From an uncultured Gemmatimonadota bacterium (GTDB lineage: Bacteria > GCA-2686955): a DNA stretch of 64,000 bases. Of the stretch, positions 1-9,009 are shown one piece after another (the first letter of the stretch is position 1; each line of letters opens with the position of its first letter). Position numbers and translations under genes: made by a program. The notes under the pieces were generated by a model. It saw nothing but the letters and a program-made list of their open reading frames with translations. It was not told the origin of the DNA and did no database searches. The stretch is taken from the NCBI GenBank assembly GCA_964490075.1, contig CAZBBK010000022.1, positions 6,168 to 70,167 on the forward strand. The letters run 5' to 3'.

Positions 1-2064
1 ATCCTCGGTGGCGACCGTGCCCCCGCGGTGTCGCTCGATGAAGTCACACATCATGGCGACAAAACGCGCATCACCCTCCGGCACCGACTTGGAGAAATCG
101 TAGAGCATCATGCGCAGCATGTGCATGACATAGGCGCCCTTCTGGTAGACGATCGCGGCGTACGGTGAGTAGTGCCCTTCGTCTTGGTGCTCGTTGAACC
201 AGATCAGGCGGGTCCCGAACGAGATCGGGCCGCACTCGCTCATGTTGTGACCGTGCCGGGCGGGAGTGAGCAAGAGCTGCCGCGCGCGCTTCGCCTGGTC
301 GAGCAAGCGTCGCTCCTCGCCGTCGATCACCTGCAGCGCGATCCACGACGCGTACTCCGCCGTGCCTTCGCTCAGCCAGCGATCAGCGGGCGTGAGTGGA
401 CGGATCTCGTGACCAAACCACTGGTGCGCCATCTCGTGCAAGACCACCGCATCGGCCTGGCGGCTGGAACGGCTGCGCTCGATCGAGAAGAGATCGAGAT
501 AGACCAGGCTCGGAAGGCTCTGGCTGAATCCGGCCGGTTGGTGCGAGGCGTTGAACTGGTTGCGCTCGATGGCTCCGAAGTAGTGGGAGTAGACCTGGTA
601 GGCGTTCTGCAGATCCTCGGCCACTCCCTTCATCCCTTTCGACGACTGGTGGTAGGCGGAGATGCTCACCCTTTCGCGCTCCACCGTCGCGCCGCGCATC
701 GGGCCGAGATTGAATCCGGCGATCCTCTCCGGCTGCGCGGAGCTCCAACGCGATGTCTCGACACCGTCCTTCTTCTCACGGGACTGCTCGACTCCCGAGG
801 CGACCACCCGCCACAGCTCCGGCGCCCGGTAGACCAGCTCGAAGGTCATCGAATCGTCCCATTCACCGACCCGCGGATACCAGTTATCGCGCGCCGACAC
901 ATAGAAGAACGCGCCGCCCTGGTCGATCATCTTCTTGTCGTCGAGATAGAGATGATAGCGGGGATTGCCGCCGTAGGCGCGCTCTTCGATGATGCCATCG
1001 CCCTGGTAGTCGACCTGCACTTCGAACTCCTCCCCGGCCGCGATGTGCCGCGCCGGGTAGATCCAAAGATCGTCGTCTTGAGCCGGCAGGTACTTGTGCC
1101 AACTCTCGAACACCGCCGCTTGATGTGCTCCCCAGGGCGCGCCCCCCTTCTCGGTCACCGCGCTCACCGACAGCGATGGACGCAGGTGCAGGCGAATCGC
1201 TCGCGGCCCGTCCCGAAAGGCCTGCAGCCGCAAGGTGGCGCTGCCGACCGCGCTGCGATCTTCGCGCACCTCGGTTTCGATGGCGGCGGAGATCCCATCG
1301 ATCGAGAGTGGTCGAGGGTGACGGGGTGCATCACCGGAGGCGTACTCGGCGCGGGCGTGAAACGCCGAGACCTCGCAGAAGTCGTAGTTCTCGAGGGTGT
1401 TCTTGTCGAAGGTCGCCGACCCCAGGGCGACCGTGTACTCGAGCATCCGCAAGGGGTCGTAGGAAATATGCAGGTAACGCTTTTGGTACTCGAGAAGGGC
1501 GGAGCGATACTCCGCTTCGCCGTGCGCGGCGGCGGCGGCCAGGCGCGCCGCGGAGCCGTGGTGGGCGCGCTGGGTAAGGACGAAGCGAGCGCGGTCGAAG
1601 GCCCGGAGCTCCGGCCCTGATGCCGCGGCAGTCTGTAGCTCCAGAGGTCCGATCCAGTCAATGAGCGCGCGCTCGAAGTCGATCACCAGGTCGTCGGCGG
1701 CCAGGACGTGGCTGGCGTGGCGAGATTCCCTTGGCGAGGGTGTGGCGAACGCGACCCGGCCCCGCCCCTCGAAGAGCACCTGTCGGATCGGCGAATCCGC
1801 CACCGGCTGGCGGACCACGACGACGCCTTCGAGCAGCTCGAGGGTGGCCCAGTCCAGCTCCATGCGGGCGTCTTCCACACGGCCGCGGCTCTCGATCCCC
1901 GGTTCCACGCCCCACCACCAGCGTTCGGTCATCCGCACCTGCTCCGCCAGAGTGCCCGCGGCGATCAGCGTGTGCCCGATCGCGGGCTCGATGGGTTCGG
2001 CAGTCGCGGACCCGAAAAACGTAAGGACCGCGGATCCACAGAGAATCGCGCCCAACTGCCTCAT
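1..2064 (-). CDS. Secreted M1-family zinc aminopeptidase (partial, runs off left edge)
   Basis: Hand translation of the minus strand from ATG at 2064 (MRQLGAILCGSAVLTFFGSATAE, signal-peptide-like) stays in frame with VVLHEMAHQWFG...WLSEG (HEXXH-18x-E) and VYQKGAYVMHMLR. Missing from the ORF track because no stop codon lies in the window. Confidence 0.9.
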   Translation of the reverse strand, partial: MRQLGAILCGSAVLTFFGSATAEPIEPAIGHTLIAAGTLAEQVRMTERWWWGVEPGIESRGRVEDARMELDWATLELLEGVVVVRQPVADSPIRQVLFEGRGRVAFATPSPRESRHASHVLAADDLVIDFERALIDWIGPLELQTAAASGPELRAFDRARFVLTQRAHHGSAARLAAAAAHGEAEYRSALLEYQKRYLHISYDPLRMLEYTVALGSATFDKNTLENYDFCEVSAFHARAEYASGDAPRHPRPLSIDGISAAIETEVREDRSAVGSATLRLQAFRDGPRAIRLHLRPSLSVSAVTEKGGAPWGAHQAAVFESWHKYLPAQDDDLWIYPARHIAAGEEFEVQVDYQGDGIIEERAYGGNPRYHLYLDDKKMIDQGGAFFYVSARDNWYPRVGEWDDSMTFELVYRAPELWRVVASGVEQSREKKDGVETSRWSSAQPERIAGFNLGPMRGATVERERVSISAYHQSSKGMKGVAEDLQNAYQVYSHYFGAIERNQFNASHQPAGFSQSLPSLVYLDLFSIERSRSSRQADAVVLHEMAHQWFGHEIRPLTPADRWLSEGTAEYASWIALQVIDGEERRLLDQAKRARQLLLTPARHGHNMSECGPISFGTRLIWFNEHQDEGHYSPYAAIVYQKGAYVMHMLRMMLYDFSKSVPEGDARFVAMMCDFIERHRGGTVATED

Positions 2065-2225
2065 ATCCAGACCTTCCAGAGCGATTGCGGTGTCTCGATG
2101 TAGCGCGCGGAATCTCCCCGCGGCGCCGCCGCTCAGCATAGTCGATCGATCAGCCAAGAGACCGCCGATCCCCGCTGCTGATAAGATGCGCGCAAGCGTC
2201 ACACCCCACCGAAAAGAGGCATTCG

Positions 2226-3767
2226 ATGTCGATCGTTCCGCGCGCCGCCCGCCCCCTGCTCGCCGCCGCGCTCCTGCTCCAGCCACTGCTGGCCCGCGCA
2301 CAGGTCGAGACCACCCGGTTGACGATCCTGCACACCAACGACTGGCACGGCTACGCCTTCGAGGAGGACTACAAGGGGGTTCCCTCCGGGGGCGTGGCGG
2401 CCTGCGCGGTGGAGGTGGCGCGCCTGCGCCGAGAGATCCCCGATCGGCTGCTGGTGCTCGACGCGGGCGATCTCCTCTCCGGGCACGCGGCGGCCAGTTT
2501 CGAGGCCGATGGGGTGCGCGGACTGCCCTTCGTCGATCTGTGGCAGCGGATCGGCTTCGACGCCTGGGCGATCGGCAACCACGAGCTGGATCACGGCCGC
2601 GCCAACCTGGCCGCCCTGCTGGAGCGGATCTCGGCCCCGGCGCTGTGCGGCAACTGGCTGGCAACGCTCCCGGGCGGCGGCGCGCCGGTCGCCGGGCGCG
2701 ATCCGGCGCCGGTCGAGGCCCGGCCCTTCCTGGTGCTGGAGCGCGCCGGCTTGCGGGTGGGCGTGGTCGGGCTGGTCACCGGAGACCTGACCGACCTGGC
2801 GGCGAAAGAGGCGCTGCAAGGCACCGTCGTGGCTCCGCCCGCGGCGGCGCTGGCGCAGATCTGGCCGGCGCTCGACGCCCGGAGCGACATCCAGATCGCG
2901 CTCACCCACATGGGTGTCGACGCCGATCGCCGGCTCGCGGCCGCGTTTCCGGAGCTGGAGGTGATCGTAGGCGGCCACAGCCACAAGTTCGTGCGCCGGC
3001 CCCTGCGGGAAGGCAAGGTGGTGATCGTTCAGGCCGGCTGCTACGGCAAGGTGCTGGGACGTCTCGACCTGGAGATCCGCGACCAGCAGGTGGTGAGCGC
3101 CGAGGGCCGGTTGTTGAATCTGCCGCGGCCGGCCGACGCCGAGATCGACCCCGAGCTCCTGGCGGCCGAGCAGACGCTGCGCGGGCGGATCGAAGCGCTC
3201 GACGCCCAGGTGATCGGCGTCGTACCGGCGCCGCTGGGGCGCAGCTACCACCAGGCCAGCCCGCTGGGCAACGTGGTGGCGGAAGCATGTCGCCGGGCGG
3301 CGCAGGCCGAGGTGGGATTCGTGAACTCCGGGGGACTGCGGGCCGACCTCGAGGCGGGACCGATGACCCGCGCCGAGCTGATGGCGATGCTGCCCTTCGA
3401 CAACGAGCTGGTGCGCTTCACTCTGACCGGCGCCGAGCTCGAGCGGGTCTGCCGGCACAACGCCCGCGTCTCGTTGACCGAGGAGCATGGAATCCTGCAG
3501 GTTGCCGGCCTGCGCTACAGCTTCGCTCCCGGGAGCGGTGAGGGTGAGGTGGTGGTGGAGGGGATCGAGATCGGCGGCAAGGCCCTGGATCGCAACGCGA
3601 GTTACCTCTGCGCCGGCAACGACTACATCGTGACGACCCGCGCGGAAAAGTACTTCGGCCGCAAGATCGACGACTGCGAGCAGCGGGGGATGTGGCTGCG
3701 GGACGTGTTCGAGCTGGCGGTGAAGGAGGGACGCTTGACGCCCGGTGAGGGGCCGAGCGGGCCGTAG
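2226..3767 (+). CDS. Secreted bifunctional metallophosphatase / 5'-nucleotidase (UshA/CpdB-like)
   Basis: Signal peptide; ILHTNDWHG, DAGD, GNHELD, THMG, GGHSH motifs; C-terminal NSGGLRADL...MLPFDN domain. Confidence 0.92.
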   Translation: MSIVPRAARPLLAAALLLQPLLARAQVETTRLTILHTNDWHGYAFEEDYKGVPSGGVAACAVEVARLRREIPDRLLVLDAGDLLSGHAAASFEADGVRGLPFVDLWQRIGFDAWAIGNHELDHGRANLAALLERISAPALCGNWLATLPGGGAPVAGRDPAPVEARPFLVLERAGLRVGVVGLVTGDLTDLAAKEALQGTVVAPPAAALAQIWPALDARSDIQIALTHMGVDADRRLAAAFPELEVIVGGHSHKFVRRPLREGKVVIVQAGCYGKVLGRLDLEIRDQQVVSAEGRLLNLPRPADAEIDPELLAAEQTLRGRIEALDAQVIGVVPAPLGRSYHQASPLGNVVAEACRRAAQAEVGFVNSGGLRADLEAGPMTRAELMAMLPFDNELVRFTLTGAELERVCRHNARVSLTEEHGILQVAGLRYSFAPGSGEGEVVVEGIEIGGKALDRNASYLCAGNDYIVTTRAEKYFGRKIDDCEQRGMWLRDVFELAVKEGRLTPGEGPSGP

Positions 3768-3804
3768 CGCGACGGGAGGCACGGACAGGTTCTACGTCGC
3801 CGGA

Positions 3805-5187
3805 TCAGGGACGAATCGGCAGCAACGCTTCGGCCGCGCGCAGCTCCTCGATCGAATCGGCGTTCGACCGGGCGATCGCTCGAAACTCGGTGGACACACG
3901 CGGGTCTCTTGCGATCTCGAGCCACAGCTCGCGGGCGGCGCGGGAGGCGTCCGACCAGACCGGTGTTTCCAAGGGCGAGGGAATGCGTGGCTCGAAGCGG
4001 CGCTCGACGAGGTTGCCGCTCTGTGGAGCGTAGAGCATCGGCAACATGTCGTAGACCGGTGCGAGAGCAACGATGTCCAGGCCGCGTGCAAAGAAGGAGA
4101 GATTGCCGAAGTGCATGTCGGTGTTGGCGATGAGACGGCCGAAGACCTCGAGCCAGAGGATGGCGCGCACCGTTCGCGCGTCGAGGAGGCCTCGATCCCG
4201 GAGCGCCGTGGCCGATTCGCTCCAGGAGACCAGTTTGCCGCCGACGAACTCCAGGTCGAGAGCCAGCAGCGACACCAGTCCTCGCCGGTGACGAAGCCCG
4301 TGGCGGTCGAAACGCTCCACTTCGAGGAAGAGCCGGTCGCCGGCATCGAGGACTTGCGATCGGGCCGCGGGGCTACCGTGGCGAGAGAGAACCCCGTGGG
4401 CCAGATGCTCGCTGATGAGGAGATCGGCCACCCTGCTGCCGCTTCGGGTCGAGGTGGGAGGCGAGAACTTGACGATCACCGGCACCGCGGCCTCGCCGGT
4501 TCCCCGGTTGGCCAGGAATTTCGGCTGCTCGCCGCCGGCCGACGATCCCGGAACGCCAAATGCCAACACATCCCGCGCGGCGCGCGGATAGACCAATTCG
4601 CGCTCGCGCTCCGGCACGCAGCAGCGCGGCGCGAGTGTCTGTTCCATGTATCGTTCGTACGCCGTGGAACCGGCGATCAAGTTGCCGCTCAGATCCGATC
4701 CGTGGCCGGCGAGGTAGCGCAGAGTGTCGTCGTCGCTCCAGCGGTTGATGTCCAGAGGAGCGTCGATTTCGGGATGCTGCAAGGGCACCAGCCGCCCGAG
4801 GAATCCGCTCGGACGCAGGTCGAAGAGGAAGTGCGGGAAGCCGTCGATGAAAGCCGGCTCCACTTCGTCGGCGATCGGCTCGATCCAGAAGCCCGAGGGA
4901 GCGATGGGGTGCAGATGGAGCAGCAATCGTGGGCCTTGCCCCGGTTCGCCGACCTCGAAGACCGGGATCGGTGAGGGCAAGGCGGATATCACCCGCTTGA
5001 GGGCATAGCGTGTCGCTCTGGCTCTGCCGGTGACCAGCACGCGCCCACGCCGCGCCGCGACGAGGCGGGAGAAGGTCGGCTGACTGATCGCGAGGTGCCG
5101 GCACAGCTCCGGTCCGGAACTGGGGCCGTCTATGAAGAGATAGCGGCAAAGCCGGTCGGCGAGGGCGGGATCCGCGCGTCGTGGCAT
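3805..5187 (-). CDS. yjjJ: HipA-family kinase toxin, YjjJ type, with N-terminal HTH
   Basis: The real gene is the C-terminal 460 aa of track ORF 3805..6969 (ATG at 5187). Motifs: ISQPTFSRL HTH, FLFDLRPSGFLGR, SSAGGEQPKF, VERFDR, NTDMHFGNLSF, APVYDMLPM. Confidence 0.88.
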   Translation of the reverse strand: MPRRADPALADRLCRYLFIDGPSSGPELCRHLAISQPTFSRLVAARRGRVLVTGRARATRYALKRVISALPSPIPVFEVGEPGQGPRLLLHLHPIAPSGFWIEPIADEVEPAFIDGFPHFLFDLRPSGFLGRLVPLQHPEIDAPLDINRWSDDDTLRYLAGHGSDLSGNLIAGSTAYERYMEQTLAPRCCVPERERELVYPRAARDVLAFGVPGSSAGGEQPKFLANRGTGEAAVPVIVKFSPPTSTRSGSRVADLLISEHLAHGVLSRHGSPAARSQVLDAGDRLFLEVERFDRHGLRHRRGLVSLLALDLEFVGGKLVSWSESATALRDRGLLDARTVRAILWLEVFGRLIANTDMHFGNLSFFARGLDIVALAPVYDMLPMLYAPQSGNLVERRFEPRIPSPLETPVWSDASRAARELWLEIARDPRVSTEFRAIARSNADSIEELRAAEALLPIRP

Positions 5188-5508
5188 GCTTATAGAATAG
5201 ATATGGAATCGATTATCAGCAAGTCTCAAAACGAGATATGCTGCATGATGCCGGTATTGGGAATCGGCTCTGGTTGCCGCACCGCCCCTTCCCGGGAGCG
5301 GGTTCGGGCTCGGGATTGGACCTGGGAACGCGGGCTCCGTGTCGAAACGCCAGAGAGGCCTCCCAAGCGCGTGCACCCCCCCAGCCCCCCGGTGTAGACT
5401 CCGGGATTCCCCGTCCGTACCACCCACGCAGAGCACAGTCCCGACCCCCGGGGGACACCTCGTGATCATCTCGATCGGCGCGGGTTTCCGGGCCACCGGA
5501 GAGCATTC

Positions 5509-6954
5509 ATGGCGATTCTGATCCTGCTGGCCGTCGTGGCCTTCGTCATCATCCGCCTGCCGAAAATCGAGGTCGGCCACACCGACGAGTTCCGCCAGCG
5601 GCGGGTGATGAACTGGCTGCCGCTGGGCCTCACCTACGCCTTCCTCTACATGGGGCGCTACAACCTCAAGGTGAGCAAGTTCGCCTTCGAGGAGATGCAG
5701 GCCGTCGACGGCTCGCCGTTGATGGCCAACGCCGACTTCGGCCTGATCTTCATGTGGGGCACGGTCGTCTACGGCTTTTCCTTCTTGATCAACGGACCGC
5801 TCACCGACCGGCTCGGCGGGCGCTTCTCGATCCTCACCGGCGCGGCGGGGGCGGCGGTGATGAACCTCTTGATGGGGTTGGCATCGCTCTCGTTGCTGCA
5901 CCAGGGCCCGGGCCACCAGCTCATCGCCGCCAACTTCGTGCTGCTCTTCTCGGTCCTCTACGCCCTCAACATGTACTTCCAGAGCTTCGGCGCGGTGGCG
6001 ATCGTCAAGGTGAACGCGGCCTGGTTCCACGTGCGCGAGCGCGGCGTGTTCGGGGCGATCTTCGGGATCCTGATCTCGCTCGGGGTCTACTTCGCCTTCG
6101 ATTGGGGCTACGCGATCCTCGAGACCTACGGCCTGGCCTGGGTGTTCCTGGTCCCAGCGGTGCTGCTGGCGATCTTCTTCGCAATCGACGTGTTCGTGGT
6201 GCGCAACACCCCGGGCGAAGCGGGGCAGCGAGACTTCGATACCGCCGACGCCTCCTCGGGCGACGAGGGACCGCAGCTCAACGCGCTGCAGGTCTTTTCG
6301 CTGATGCTGCGCAATCCGATCATCATGACCATCGCCGCGATCGAGTTCTGCTCCGGCTTCCTGCGCCAGGCGATCATGCAGTGGTACCGCACCTTCGCCA
6401 AGCAGACCGACGCGGCGCTGGGGCTGATGGACAGCTTCGTCTACGAGAACTGGGGACTCCTGCTCTGCTGCGCCGGAATCCTGGGCGGGGTGCTGGCCGG
6501 CGTCATTTCCGACCACATCTTCCAGTCGCGGCGCGGACCGGTGGCGATGTTGCTCTACGTCGTCATGCTGGTCGGCTCGATCGTCCTCGCCTTCACCTAC
6601 CAGACGCCCTACGTCGGCTACCTGGTCATCCTCATGTCGATGGCGGTGATCGGCGTACACGGCATGCTCTCGGGAACCGCGAGCATGGACTTCGGCGGCC
6701 AGAAGAACGTGGGGATCGCGGTCGGCATCATCGACGGCTTCGTCTACCTCGGCACCGCGGTGATGTCGCTGACCTACACCATCGTTCTGCCCCAGGAGCA
6801 GCTCGACGCCGCCGGAGAGATCGTAGGTCCGGCGACCGATCCGGCAAACTGGAGCCCCTGGCCGATCGCGATGATTCCCCTGGCCCTGATCGGCACATTG
6901 ATGGCCTACCGCGTCTGGCACGCCAAGCCGCAGCCGAAGAAACAGACCGCCTGA
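5509..6954 (+). CDS. MFS transporter, organophosphate:Pi antiporter-like (GlpT/UhpC family)
   Basis: About 12 hydrophobic segments; TYAFLYMGRYNL, NGPLTDRLGGR, GVISDHIFQSRRGP, GIIDGFVYLG. Confidence 0.85.
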   Translation: MAILILLAVVAFVIIRLPKIEVGHTDEFRQRRVMNWLPLGLTYAFLYMGRYNLKVSKFAFEEMQAVDGSPLMANADFGLIFMWGTVVYGFSFLINGPLTDRLGGRFSILTGAAGAAVMNLLMGLASLSLLHQGPGHQLIAANFVLLFSVLYALNMYFQSFGAVAIVKVNAAWFHVRERGVFGAIFGILISLGVYFAFDWGYAILETYGLAWVFLVPAVLLAIFFAIDVFVVRNTPGEAGQRDFDTADASSGDEGPQLNALQVFSLMLRNPIIMTIAAIEFCSGFLRQAIMQWYRTFAKQTDAALGLMDSFVYENWGLLLCCAGILGGVLAGVISDHIFQSRRGPVAMLLYVVMLVGSIVLAFTYQTPYVGYLVILMSMAVIGVHGMLSGTASMDFGGQKNVGIAVGIIDGFVYLGTAVMSLTYTIVLPQEQLDAAGEIVGPATDPANWSPWPIAMIPLALIGTLMAYRVWHAKPQPKKQTA

Positions 6955-6982
6955 TCGATTCGAAACCAACTAGGAGACACTC

Positions 6983-7960
6983 ATGGCCGACACATTGAAG
7001 ACCGTGCTCTTGCTGGCGCTGCCAGCATCGGGAAAATCCGAAGTTCGACGCTATCTCGCCCAGCTCTCTCCGCAAGAGTGCGCGGATGACTTCCACATGG
7101 GCGAGACGGTGCAGCTCGACGACTTCCCCTACGTGCACCTGATGCGACGCATCGACGAGGAGCTGGAGACACTCGGGAAGCCGCGCCGATTCTACCTCTC
7201 CGGCAACGACACCTTTACCGACAAACGCGACTGGGGCACGTTGATCGAGCTAATCAACGAGGACTACTCACACCTGGTGAACCGCACCACGGTCCCCGAA
7301 CAGGGTGCGGCCGAGCATTTCTTCACGCGCCTCGACGCCGCCGGCGCCAAGGTGGGAATCGAAGCGCGGGTCGCCACTTTCGACGGCGAGACGCGCCGCG
7401 CCATCGCCGCCGCCCTGGAGAGCGAGGTGGCCGACCTCTACCGCGAGCAGAACGCCGCCCTGCCCGCGAGCCTCGAGGGCAAGACCGTCGTCATCGAGTT
7501 CGCTCGCGGCGGCCCCGACGGTTCCGACATGCCGCTGCCGGCCCCGCACGGCTACCAGTACTCGGTATCGCTGCTCTCCCCCGAGATCCTGGAGAACGCC
7601 TCGATCCTCTACATCTGGGTGACGCCCGAGGAATCGCGGCGCAAGAACGACGCCCGCACCGATCCCAACGATCCGGGCTCGATCCTGCACCACGGCGTTC
7701 CGATCAGCGTGATGCTCGGCGAGTACGGCTGCGACGATCTGGACTGGCTGGAGGCGAACGCCACCCGCGAGGGCGCGATCGACATCGCAGCCGGCGGCAA
7801 GACCTACCAGATCCCGGTCGGGCGCTTCGACAATCGGGTCGACAAGACCACCTTCATCCGCGACGAGCCGAGCAGCTGGGACCCGGCCGACGTGGCCGCG
7901 GTTCACAATGGGCTGAAGGGGGCGCTCGACCGATTGAGCGCGTTCTGGACCGGCGGATGA
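6983..7960 (+). CDS. Uncharacterised P-loop NTPase / small-molecule kinase-like protein
   Basis: N-terminal VLLLALPASGKS Walker A and VVIEFARG strand; 28 bp after the MFS gene; stop overlaps the next start (ATGA). Confidence 0.65.
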   Translation: MADTLKTVLLLALPASGKSEVRRYLAQLSPQECADDFHMGETVQLDDFPYVHLMRRIDEELETLGKPRRFYLSGNDTFTDKRDWGTLIELINEDYSHLVNRTTVPEQGAAEHFFTRLDAAGAKVGIEARVATFDGETRRAIAAALESEVADLYREQNAALPASLEGKTVVIEFARGGPDGSDMPLPAPHGYQYSVSLLSPEILENASILYIWVTPEESRRKNDARTDPNDPGSILHHGVPISVMLGEYGCDDLDWLEANATREGAIDIAAGGKTYQIPVGRFDNRVDKTTFIRDEPSSWDPADVAAVHNGLKGALDRLSAFWTGG

Positions 7961-8361
7961 CCAGGACGATGGAGATCGAGCTGGGTGAGAGCCGGCGCGT
8001 CAACGCCCGCTACGGAGCGTTCGAGCTGCGCACCGATCAGACGATCGACAATGGCGGCGACGGCAGCGCGCCGGAGCCCTTCGATCTCTTTCTGGCGTCG
8101 CTCGGCACCTGCGCCGGATTCTATGTCGCTTCCTTCTGTCGCAACCGCGAGATCGCCACCGAGGGAGTCGGCCTGCGCCTGAGCTGGTCGCGCGATGGAC
8201 AAGGCAAGCTGGCCGGCATTCGCATCGAGATCCGTCTGCCGGAGGAGTTCCCCGCCAAGTATCACAAGGCGGTGGCGCGGGCGGCCGACCAGTGCACCGT
8301 GAAGCGGATGCTGGCCGCGCCGCCCCCCATCGAGACGGTGGTGGTCAGGGGCCCGGTCTGA
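7957..8361 (+). CDS. OsmC-family protein
   Basis: TDQ...GGDGSAPEPFDLFLASLGTCAG and CTVKR two-Cys pattern. Confidence 0.9.
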   Translation: MTRTMEIELGESRRVNARYGAFELRTDQTIDNGGDGSAPEPFDLFLASLGTCAGFYVASFCRNREIATEGVGLRLSWSRDGQGKLAGIRIEIRLPEEFPAKYHKAVARAADQCTVKRMLAAPPPIETVVVRGPV

Positions 8362-8377
8362 CCCGGGCCCGGACTGG

Positions 8378-8869
8378 CTACTTCGCCAGCACCCGAGGAA
8401 AGAGCTCCTGGTCCTCGATCGCGATGTGGTCGCGCAGCTCACGATCGAGGTGGGCGAGCGAGTGCCAGAGCGATTCGAGCGCGTGGCCGGCCCCCGCGGG
8501 AGGCCGGTAGCCGCCGGTCAGCTCGCGCAGCCGCGCCAGCATCCGCAGCGCCGCCTCGTGGTCGCCGATCATGGCGTGGATCGGATCGTCGGCCGCGACC
8601 GGCTTCCCCGAGAGGATGCGCGGGAAGACGGTCTCTTCCTCGGTGCGCACGTGGACCTTGAGCTCGTCCTTGAGCAGTCCGAACACCTCGGCGACGTCGG
8701 TCATGTGGTCGAAGTGAGAATCGTCGTGGGTGGCCATGGCCGCCAGCACATGTTTGTGTACCGCTTCGAGCTCGAGCTTCAAGGGCTCGTGGTAAACATC
8801 GATCAGCTCGTCGATGATCTCGTCGAGCGGGCGCTGGCGGCCGCGGGTCGCGGTCTCTCGTTCCGTCAT
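8378..8869 (-). CDS. Hemerythrin-domain (RIC/YtfE-like di-iron) protein
   Basis: H..LKLEL, HVRTEEETVFP, DHE and HIAIEDQELFP His/Glu di-iron pattern; start could also be 8881. Confidence 0.82.
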   Translation of the reverse strand: MTERETATRGRQRPLDEIIDELIDVYHEPLKLELEAVHKHVLAAMATHDDSHFDHMTDVAEVFGLLKDELKVHVRTEEETVFPRILSGKPVAADDPIHAMIGDHEAALRMLARLRELTGGYRPPAGAGHALESLWHSLAHLDRELRDHIAIEDQELFPRVLAK

Positions 8870-9009
8870 GGTCGCTTCCATGAAGCACTCCGGGTGGTGC
8901 TCTGCGATTGCCGCCGCCCGGCTTCCAACCGCCAGGCGGCGCTTCGTTGTTCCTACGATAGATCGACTCTTCGGGATCCCAGTCGAGCGCAAAGGCTCCG
9001 CGTGAGAGC

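Noticed and set aside
172-1620. 482-aa plus-strand ORF
   Set aside because: Antisense shadow of the M1 peptidase; no motifs.
5188-6969. N-terminal ~590 aa of track ORF 3805..6969
   Set aside because: Antisense to the MFS gene and spacer; only the part from ATG 5187 has HipA/YjjJ motifs.
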